DNA of 62,507 nucleotides, filler included, from Bonamia ostreae (Eukaryota): NCBI GenBank assembly GCA_040357525.1. It is 16 parts of 16 records of this genome, joined end to end, with 100 filler letters (N's around TTAATTAATTAA, not from the genome) between each part and the next. Parts side by side here need not be neighbours in the genome. Positions count along the whole stretch, not along the records: positions 35,298 to 39,108 come from JBDODL010000421.1; positions 39,209 to 43,018 come from JBDODL010000422.1; positions 43,119 to 46,925 come from JBDODL010000423.1; 13 more parts are not named here. One strand, 5' to 3'. Shown piece by piece: positions 36,945 to 47,025 of this stretch (position 1 is its first letter; each line of letters starts with the position of its first letter). The notes under the pieces were generated by a model. It saw only the letters and a program-made list of their open reading frames with translations, ran no database searches and was not told where the DNA came from. The position numbers and the translations under genes were made by a program.

Positions 36945-37470
36945 TTTACTTTTATCCGTCGTTCGGTGGACGCTCATAAAATATTTCCGCGTGGAAAGTC
37001 ATCTGCGCGGAAAGTCTTCTTTCGGGATAAACATAAAATGTCAAAGTCATTTCCGGCGTCTTCTCATAAAAAGCGGTTTCAGTGTTGCGGATCGGTGTTG
37101 AGATATGATTGGTAAAGTAAAATTGCGTCTCATAAATATATAACAAAAATGTTCGCAATGAAGCCATCCTCGCGAGAGGATCTGGTTGAGCGGACGGCGG
37201 CCATGCCACTTAAAATGGACAACTTAACAGTCCTCTCCCCAAAATGGGCAACTTAACATTTCTGCGGGGCATGACAGAGGATGGATTTTCGCTGGTATAC
37301 AAAACGGAAAATGACGACATGAAAATGTTGTTATGTAAAACCGTCGGGCCTCGAAAACTCGGTCGTTCGAACCAAGTGCGCGCATTCGTGTGCGCATTGG
37401 CTTCTAATACCGGTGTTGTCGTTTCCAACTGATGTCAAGACGGGAACGACAACAGTTGGATTTGATTTTT
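36945..37470 (+). ncRNA. Candidate structured non-coding RNA or retroelement-derived RNA, family unknown
   Basis: Stacked hairpins with G-U pairs on the + strand, GCGA/GAAA/UUCG tetraloops, a kink-turn pattern at 37151-37195, and a homologous core at 45965-46135. Confidence 0.6.
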
Positions 37471-37651
37471 AGAGTTAAATTTCAAATCCAATTTTGAGGT
37501 CGATCGTTTTCAAGAAACAGATTTAATTTTTGAAATTAAAAATCGGCTCGCAATGTCTGCAAAATCATAATGACATATTATTGTTGGTAACTCTGCAAAA
37601 TTTAATGTATTGTTGGTAACTCTCTTTCTCTAAAATGTCGCAAAAACATAT

Positions 37652-38891
37652 TTATTCTAGGAATCGCAAGAGACTGTCGAATGCCAACATATTAAATATT
37701 TTCGCTTCGACTGCGTCAAAAAGTGTCTTGTCGATGTCATTGTTGTTTATGCGCTGTTCTATCATGTTTACCAGATCCGAGGACAAATTTAGCTGCAAAT
37801 TTGGTTAAAAACTGTTTGAAGGCCGTCGGGGCGAATAAACCTTTTGTAAATTTCGATGTGATGATTTTTTCCAATAGAAAGAGTGTCTAATTTGAACAGT
37901 TTTAGTTCTTCGAGGAAATCGAGGTTTTCCACAGAAAACTCTTTTTTGAGAAAATGGCGAAATTTCAAAGAGTCTGCGGGGTCGATTAAAATTCTTCCGA
38001 GAGTTTTTGGAAGGTCGGTGACGCTTTTCTGTACGATTTTCTGTTTGTGCTCAACTCGGAAAGTCATAATGACGGGAATGATGACGATGACGATGAAAGT
38101 GCATTCCAGAATGGTGATTTGGATGACAAAGGAAACTATTTTGAAGCCTTTTAAGGCATTGAAAATGAAGACTAAAATTATGTTGGCGTTTACGGCACAA
38201 ATAGTTGTCAATTCTTTTCTAAAATAGAGTGAATCTTTATTCTTCCCTTTTTCGTATTAATTTTCACAAAATTGCATCGATTTTTAACCATTTTTAGCGT
38301 TTTCTAAACACAAAAATTGCAAATTGCCAAAAAACTCATTTTGTAGATGAAAAACAAATAAAAAGCGTCAAAACTAAGTATAAATATCAAGTTCATTGTC
38401 CCTCTGACCGAACAATTCCGAGCTGTCATTTCCAATAGCCTCGGTTCCCACATCGGCGCCAAAATATTCGGAATTATCATTAACAAACTCAGAAAAATCG
38501 CCATTGGCCGTGCGATCCAAAATTTCTTAAACACAAAACGATGATCCTGTACGCTGAAACTGACCCAAACCGCAACAGCCCGGATACAGAGCACCAAATG
38601 AAACAACAGAGCGGAATTCAATTTGAAGACAGACAAAAACCAGCAGATCTTCTTGTCTTTGAGGAATCCGAAGCGATATGCAAACGTCATTTCATATGTC
38701 ACCAAAACTAAAAGCACTTCGGCAAGCAAAACTCGCGTGCTCCTCTTTTTCAAAGGCATAAATTTCCTTCGCAGCAAAATGAATACGACATAAGCCACTG
38801 CTTCAACGAGTTTCGACATGGCCATGAAATAAATTACAACTTCGAGTTTCGTGGTTGCGTTGAAACCGCTACTTTTGTTTAAATCGATCAT
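37652..38891 (-). CDS. Multi-pass (7TM-like) RGS-domain protein
   Basis: Hydrophobic helices, then FRHFLKKEFSVENLDFL..IYKRFI..QT|LNLSS..LFDAVEAKIFNML.FDSLLRF; 20-nt intron 37793-37812. Confidence 0.85.
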
Positions 38892-39208
38892 TTCGGCAGT
38901 TTCTGGAAATATTTTAAAGATATTAAATTTAATAGAACATTCTATTAAAAGTACCCGTTATTTTGTTAAATATTTAGTTTTAAATTTGGTTTTGTAATGT
39001 TATTTAAATAACAAATTTGCTGCGATTCTTTTTGTTTTTGTTGAATTTTCTTATTTTTGATTTTGGTCCATCGCAAAATGGCGCAAATTGCACAAAAAAT
39101 ATTATTGANNNNNNNNNNNNNNNNNNNNNNNNNNNNNNNNNNNNNNNNNNNNTTAATTAATTAANNNNNNNNNNNNNNNNNNNNNNNNNNNNNNNNNNNN
39201 NNNNNNNN

Positions 39209-39556
39209 TCTTTGTTTTTTGCAAAATTTGTCTTTTACTATTGAACAAAATTTTCAAATTGACAAAAATCGATAAAAATATTTTCAAGGGCAACAATCGA
39301 AGTGTTCCCAACTCACTTCTTCTTTGCAAAAATCGTTGTCCCTCCAACTAACTGCCACAAAAGCAGTCCCATTGCAAATCTTCGTTCCAACCTTTTCTCC
39401 TATTCTGCACAAACGTTTGTTATTCATTTTATTTTGCTCTTTTAATTTTTGTTTGTGCTCTTGACAGAGCTCAGTTTCTTTAAGCCATTTTTCCTGTTTC
39501 CTGTTTTTTTGGAATGTAGAAGATTTTGTCTTCAGTTCTTCCGACAAATTTTCCAT
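39209..39556 (-). CDS. 5' part of a protein with a chromodomain-like segment
   Basis: IGEKVGTKICNGTAFVAVSWRDNDFCKEEVSWEHF resembles the chromodomain pattern; truncated by the scaffold edge. Confidence 0.35.
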
Positions 39557-39619
39557 TATTTTATTTATTTGATGATTCTTTTTATATAAAAGTAACGCTT
39601 ATTAAAATTTGCCAAAACG

Positions 39620-42310
39620 AACTTATAAATTGATTTTAAAATAAATTTCGTGATATATAAAAACTAAATTTTAACAAAACGTTATCAATTTTTAAAATTT
39701 CTTTTTTAAGTTGTTTAATTTTGTTTTTATAAAAATAAATTTGTTTCAAGTTCTCACAGTTTTCAACACTTTTAATGTTGATTTGAAGCTTAGCTTCTTT
39801 TAACTTTTTTAAAATTTCGTTTTCCTTCGCTTCGATAGATCGAAGTTTCATCGAATTTCCATATTTTTCTTTCGAATAAGCAGTTAGAACTGTTTCGTAC
39901 AATAAATTATCTTTTTCGATATCGCTCAATTTTTTTGAAAGCATTTGTTTTTTCTTTTTTTGATATTGATTAAAGCTAAATTTAATTTTTTAAAAAATAG
40001 TTTCGAGATTTTAGATATTATGCTAAATTTTAACAATTCTTTTTTTAGGAATCGATTTAAATCTCGACTTGGTAAATTTTTTATTTTCAAATTTTTTTTG
40101 GTCGAGCGAGTCATTGTTTGACCTATCTCTTTTCCAAATATATTTATTTTTCGCTCTTTTAAACTTGTTTTTGCCAATTTTTTCGTTTTTGCCAATTTGG
40201 AAAAAATTTTGAAATTCTTTATTTTTTTCCAACAGAGTTTTTTGGTGTTGTAGAAAATTTTGAGTTTTTAGCAATGGTACTTTGTCTATGAACCAGATGT
40301 GTCTATCTGATTTCCTTTTATATTTTGGATTTTTTACAATTACAAAAATTGTTTTTTTTTTGAATTTTGTCCAAAAAATATTTCAAAAATTCCAAATACA
40401 AAATTTTCAAACTCCGTAAAAGTTGCTTTTCTATAAAATCCGAGAGCTTCATAACTATCGACATATCCGCCTTTTCCAGTTTTAGGGTCGATCTCCGGAA
40501 ATCGCCATTCCTTTTGAAGTGAATATCAAAACAATAGGGACTTGAAGAAGGTACCCGAACTCTCTTTTGAAATTCTGATTTAGAAAATAATTAATCGCCG
40601 ACTTTGGATTCAAAAGCTCAATCGCAAATTTGTCCATATTTTGGATCAGTTTCTTTTCATTTTTCTCTGTTTTCTTGAATTTCATGTTTAAAAAATTTAA
40701 CAAATTGAAATTTAATTCTCAAAAACGAGTTCGAAAATTTATCAATTTTATAAAAACGTTCTCGGAAAAGAGATTTGATTCTGATATTTTGAAACTGAAT
40801 CCAAATCCAATTTCGTCCACCATCAAACCATCATTTTTTGTTATCGAAAAAGCGCCTTTTTGATTCGATCTCACAAAATTTGTTTCCGGGAGAAAACTGT
40901 ATCGAATCGTCGTTTTCATCCAATTTGCCGGTCCGTCAAATTTTTGACTTTTTGTCAATTTTTTGTCCAAAAGCGATTTCACCAAATTCCCCGATTTTTT
41001 CTCGGCGCTTCGCAATTCGTATTTATGTTTGTTTTCTGTTTTCACTTCGTCGTCACTTGTTCTTGTTTTGGCTAAATTTAGCGTTTCTTTAGCCGTCAGC
41101 AAGTCTTCTTCCAAGTCGAAAGTGACGTTTCGATCCAAACTATTCTGCAAATTAAATCGCAAACGAGTTCGCAATAATCGCAGAGCCAAACTCCGTCGGG
41201 CACTTTGAACATTTTCGCGCAGCTCAAATGGAACACGCGAGTGCATCCGTCGCAGCAAATCAGGTCTCCAACTTCGCCGCAGCGGAGACAAGTGTTGTCG
41301 TAGCAGTCTTCGTAATTTACACTCGTGTTCTCCGTTTTCGGAGTTTGGTCTCCGACCAAAACATTGCAGCGAATGTCGCTTTTGCCTAACAAGCTCATTG
41401 CATGTCCAACGGACTTTCTTAACAACCTAAAGCTCGTTTCATCTAAAAGAGGTTGTTTTTGTTTATTGCCGAACGTTTGGAAATTGTCCATGAAATCCAA
41501 AATTTTGTCGGTTGGAACAAAGGAAAAGGAAGAAGTGCCGTCGAGCCAGAAAACGAGTTTCGTTTCTTCTTTTATAAAACCGGGTTCGTCGTCGTCGCTG
41601 CGCTCAAAAATTTTTTGAGTCTGCAGATATTTGGCAAAACTGCCAATATTTTTATATTTGGATTCGCCTTGAATGTTTTCGGAAAACGGATTTACCAATT
41701 TGGAGAAGAATTTGATGTGTTCGTTGGAAACGGGCAGATCGATTAGATCTTTCCTGATCGTCCTAGAAATCGAACTCCGGCGAAGAGGGTCATGAACCTG
41801 TTTTTTGTTTTGGTTGTTTTTTGACATATTTGGCAGTTTTGGAGCAACGGGGATGATCGATCTCTTCATGAGGCGGAAACAACGGAAGCAGAAAAAATTT
41901 TTATGTTTGTTGCAATGGAAGAACCGGTCGTGTCCCAAAATCCAACTGCACGAAGAGCATTGGATTAGTGTTTGCATCGGGTCGATTTGCGCGTTTCTGC
42001 AAAACGAAAATGCGTTTTTGACGATTTTCCAGATTTGGGGCACTTTGCTCGACGGGATTTCCAGAGCAGGAAAATATGAGCCGAATCTGTTTCTTCTTGC
42101 CCACACAACATCAAACGTTTCAAGAGCCATTCGGAGTAAGTGAGAGCTTACAACCTTAAAGATCTTTGTTGTAATAATTATATAAAATGTTTTTAGTAAT
42201 CACAATTTTTGATTTTCAGTCGATAAAGATGTAAAAGTTTCCAGTTTTTGTTTTTGTGGGTATGTCGACGCTTCCGTTTTGAAGATATGTCGTTTTAGCG
42301 TTTTAATCAT
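39620..42310 (-). CDS. Chromatin reader protein: PWWP/Tudor-like region + Cys cluster + PHD finger + coiled coil; ends approximate
   Basis: DVVWARRNRFGSYFPAL; CLRCGEVGDLICCDGCTRVFHLSC..VPDGVWLCDYC; the 20-nt intron 41145-41164 extends the frame downstream. Confidence 0.7.
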
Positions 42311-45260
42311 TTTACTTTGCAAATTTTGTTCTTTTAATTTTTTATCGTTATTTTTATCTTAAAATTCAACAAATTTCGTTCTAGATTTTTGCAAAATCAC
42401 TTTAACAAAAATTTTCTCAGCTCTAAAATTTTAACAAAATCATTTAACAAAATCACTTTAACAAATTCGTTAGTTTATTTATCAATTTTCGATTTTTTTT
42501 TTAATTTACAAATTTCTCAGTTTCATCTACGATGATTCGGGAAGGCTTCTCAATAGAAGATTCCTTGTTTTTATTATATTCAGTTTATTTTCCAAAATAG
42601 AATAAATGTTTAAATCTTTTTCTTCGTTATTTAATATTTTCATTTCAATATTATTTTCGACTATTGAATTAAAATTTGTTGCATCCGTTTGGATTTTAAT
42701 TATAAAGCTATATTTAAATAATTTGACGTAAATAAATGCATTTTCGCAAATAAAAGCATTTTCGTCTATCAAGAATTATTAGCGATGAAATCGATCTTTA
42801 ATGTTCTTAGTTTGCGATGGAGATCTTCTCTTCCCCAAAAAATTTTTACGCACGCCCTAAATAACCAATATCATCTTTTTCAATTGAAATTTTTTTTCTC
42901 CTGTAATAACCTTTATTTTTCAATAAAACTTTTAGTTGTTATATTCTCTCTTTATCTTATTTTGTTCTTTTTAAATTTAAAACTGTTATCAACAAACAAA
43001 ACAGTGCATTAAAAATTGNNNNNNNNNNNNNNNNNNNNNNNNNNNNNNNNNNNNNNNNNNNNTTAATTAATTAANNNNNNNNNNNNNNNNNNNNNNNNNN
43101 NNNNNNNNNNNNNNNNNNTTGTATGTGAATGACAATTTCAATTTTATGGATTTGGTACCAAATAATTTATATCCGTAAAAACATTTGACATTAATTAAAT
43201 TAAGAATGTTAGAGTGAATGACCGTATTTACTTTCCGGAAAAATTTTTAACTTTTCAATTTAATTTATGTTATTCTCCTGCTTTTTCAATATTTGAATCT
43301 GTTTCCCATATAACTTAGTCGTCTGTGAATTGATATATATTTTTAAATTGTTTTCCTATATCTCTTAACATAAATAATATTTTTGAATATATGTTTTTAA
43401 GTAAAAATGAATCAAAAAAATTAACAAATATTGCCATTAAAACATAATAATTTTAAGTTGGTTATTTCTTGTATACCTTATTTCATTCTTCACTGAAGCC
43501 ATTTTGGCATTCAGATATATACTTTTTAAGACGTTTATTAATAATACTTTCAAAAAAATTAAGCAATTAAAGATTTATTACAATGATAGGACTAAAATGA
43601 TAGGTATAATTAAAGCTTTATTACAATAATCTGGATAATCCCTCAAATCAAAAATATGTTGAAAAATATTTTTAATAAATTAACAATGTTCTTGGGCCCA
43701 TATTTTTATGTTCATTTTTTCAATCATTTAATTTATTTCGAGTTCGGATATTTATTTATTTTCCTGTAATGATAAACATGACAAAGTCAAAATTAACGAA
43801 AATTTAGTCATTATACCATCTGACAGTTTGTCAATTGTTTTCCGGAAACAAACTTTCATCCTACTATATAAATGTTGATAACAAAAAAATGGCAATTTAC
43901 AAAATAATTGGAAAATGTTGTTAATATAAAAAAATCCTATGCAAAAATATTGTAGCCAACTAAATTAGAAAAATATAAGGTGAACCTATCTTTTTGTATC
44001 ACATTGTACTTAAAAATCCAGTGACATAAAAATTGTCGAAATTTTAATAAATAATGGTTCTTGCGTGCAATTTGCAAACTTGCAAAAATGGAAAATTTAT
44101 ATAAATTGAAATTATTTTAAAAATGCAAAAATTAAAATTTTAAACAAAACAGTTTAAAAAATTATGAAAAATTAAAAAAATATGTTTATTTGAATAATAG
44201 CAGTTAAAATTTCAAAAAAAACAGTTAAAAATAGCAAAATAAATATGTTTGTTTTGAGAATAGAAAAGAAGAAAAAACGGGTCGCTCAATCATAGATGGA
44301 ATAATTAATAAATCATACAAGAAGCGTTATTTAAAAATATTTTTATAGCATGTAGAAAACACCAAACCTTTTGGAGGACGCTTTAACGAAGGATTTATCA
44401 TTGAGACGGCCGAAATTAATTTGAAATTAGTATTATCTGCATTCAATTATACATTCAATAAAAATCAAATAATATGTAAGATTAAATTTTTATACCAATA
44501 AATTTTTACATTTTTTGTAAATAAAGATTTTTTTTATTTGTATAACAGGTAGAACCAGTTGCGAAGAACATTTTTAAGCGAATATCTCAGATAAATAACT
44601 ACATTTTATGTAAAATATGTAGGAAATAAAATCAAAGTTTATTTTAATAAAATATATAAAACGGTATCTATCCAAATGAATGGAATAATGCATAATTATT
44701 CCGATTCCTAAAGTAAAAAATCAAAAGTTCTTCATGATACATTTTTAGAAATAAAATTAGCTTCTGTAATTCGCAAATTGCTTGAAAGTATATTTGTGAA
44801 AAAATAAATTATTGACAAATTGCCTAAACAATTTTAAATAAAATCAAGATTCTAGCATTATTTAAAAATAAAAAATTGTTTTTAGCAATATTTTTGTATA
44901 TTAAAAAAGCGTTTTATTATGTAAATAGAAAAATTTCACTAAATTAGTCAAACTAGGTATTAATTGTGTTATTTCTCATTGTGATTTATGCATTATCTTA
45001 CTTCCTGTCTCAAAGTTATTGGCATGTTTTAATTCTATGATTATTTAGACCTTAAAACATTGAAATTAATATATATAAATTTATGATTTCTCAAAAGTAA
45101 AAAATTTAAAAACATTTGAAGATCTGTGTCACAGTAGTTTCCTTATAGTTGAGAATATCTGCTACTTTGAAACAAAGAACTATAGTGTAATTTTTCAAAT
45201 TTGAATATTTAAATCAAAAATAATAATTAAATCATTGAAACGAAAATTTTAATATATTTA

Positions 45261-45818
45261 ATGGTAGAAACTGAATACAAAAAATCTAAAATTGTCATTA
45301 AATCAAAAGAAGAAAATATAGATTTTTCGTCCAAAACAAATATACCGAACATAAGAAATCAAATCGAAAAAGATAAAACTCCTAATAAAACACTTAAAAA
45401 AATTTTTAGTTTTAAGGATGATTTAAATAATTGGTGCAAATATGACGAAGAGTTATTTAAACGATTAAAACCATACTACATAGAAAAGAACAAACTTAAT
45501 AAAAATATTGTCGTTAAATCGAAAGAAGAAAAAATAGCTGTTTTGGCCCAAACAAATAATCCGATGATAAGAAATCAAGAAGTTGAAACTCTCAATAAAA
45601 GACTTAAAAAAAATTTCGATTTTAAGTATGATTTAAATAATTGGTTTAAAGAAGACGAAGAGTTAATTAAGCGATTAAAACCTTATTACAAAGAAAGGAA
45701 AGAAATAAATGAGCTAAAGTTGATAAATAAAGATATAAGCGAATTACATTTAGATATTAAGATTGGAACTAATATCTTGAAAGACGATTCAAATGATAAT
45801 ATGAACAAACAATTATAA
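45261..45818 (+). CDS. Hypothetical intronless protein with a duplicated ~70-aa module
   Basis: IVxKSKEE..IRNQ..NKxLKKxF.FK.DLNNW.K.DEEL.KRLKPYY occurs twice in frame. Confidence 0.55.
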   Translation: MVETEYKKSKIVIKSKEENIDFSSKTNIPNIRNQIEKDKTPNKTLKKIFSFKDDLNNWCKYDEELFKRLKPYYIEKNKLNKNIVVKSKEEKIAVLAQTNNPMIRNQEVETLNKRLKKNFDFKYDLNNWFKEDEELIKRLKPYYKERKEINELKLINKDISELHLDIKIGTNILKDDSNDNMNKQL

Positions 45819-45964
45819 AAGTGCTCAAAAAATACAATAAATGAATAAACGTAGACATTTTGTTCGTAATTTTATAATTTCATTTTATATTCTTCTAAAT
45901 TTAGATTTAATTTAAATTTTTTCGTTCTTTTTAGTCAATTCTTTATTTTTAAGTAATTTTATTC

Positions 45965-46135
45965 TCGTTTGAATACAACAGAAAATCCATCCTTTCTGTT
46001 GAGCCCTCTAGTCTTTAAACCAATTTTGGCCAAGATTAAATCTACTCAAAACAATAACTTCGGTAAATTATAAGTCGTATTGAGAGTGGCATGATCATCG
46101 GGTGCCCAACCAGAGTCTCTCGCGAGAGGCTCTGT
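45965..46135 (-). ncRNA. Diverged homologue of the core of the 37160-37310 structured element
   Basis: Collinear shared blocks CTCGCGAGAG, TCTGGTTG, CATGCCACT, CCAAAAT.GG, AGGATGGATTTTC and GTAT.CAAA. Confidence 0.55.
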
Positions 46136-47025
46136 TTTAATCATTTTTACTCTTAAAATTTAAATTTATTACATTTAAATAAAAAAATTGCTCAATTGTT
46201 TCTTTTTCTTTACTTAAAGAAAATAGTAATAAATAAAATCTATTGCAATGAAATAATTTATAAAACAAAAAACTTGATCTAGCAACTAAAATAAAGTAAA
46301 ATTGTATTTTGTTTTAAAGTAATAAAGTATAGATTTAAGTAAAAAACAATATTCTCTAAAAGATTAATAAATAAATTAAAGTGTGAAATATCTTAACCTT
46401 TGATATGTGGCGATATAATAATGATATAATAAATAAAACAATAAAATGAAAAATCTATGATGCAAATGAAAATATTGAATAAAGGTTGTGACAATGTTAC
46501 ATGGTAATATATAAAAAAAACAAAGCATACTTTGGGAATTAGATACCCTTTATAGAGTTCATACGTTAATCCATTCCGAAACCACTCCCATAATAACTTA
46601 CAAATGCATTTCAAAATAACACAGAAATTTAATTCGAAGTGATTTCAGGAGTTGTCAAAATTACGACTAGATGGTAAGGCCAATCAATGCGATAGAAAAA
46701 TAACAAATGAAGTCATATAGGAAGCGGAACCAAATTAAATCTACCTAACCACTATTAAATAACGTAGATATGTTGCCAAATAAAATTTTGATTCTATACT
46801 AACCGAAAAAGCTAATTTGTGCGCATAGTTGTTTTCTATATAAAACTATTTTACCAATAAATTGTATGGGCACTAATACAAGCTCACTTTCTAAGGATGA
46901 TTTGATTGATCTTCAAAACAACGAANNNNNNNNNNNNNNNNNNNNNNNNNNNNNNNNNNNNNNNNNNNNTTAATTAATTAANNNNNNNNNNNNNNNNNNN
47001 NNNNNNNNNNNNNNNNNNNNNNNNN

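Noticed and set aside
36992-37020. GGAAAGTC twice, like RNase P/MRP CR-I
   Set aside because: No convincing CR-V partner to form P4.
37151-37195. CAATGA..GA k-turn suggested U4 snRNA or an HDV-like ribozyme P4
   Set aside because: No U6-complementary segments and no P1/P3/L3 nested pseudoknot upstream; kept only as an unassigned element.
37210-37432. Short ORFs on both strands within the structured element
   Set aside because: No recognisable protein, and the shared frame has different stops in the two homologous copies.
37425-37459. CTGATG..GAAC as a hammerhead core
   Set aside because: CUGANGA and GAAA are both imperfect and stem II cannot form.
44240-44810. Possible multi-exon gene remnant
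   Set aside because: I could not build a continuous spliced frame or find any motif.
46024-46046. TTTTGGCCAAGATTAAATCTA resembles the 5' region of U2 snRNA
   Set aside because: The branch-pairing GUAGUA is absent, the match is not kept in the homologous copy, and G-U pairs favour the opposite strand.
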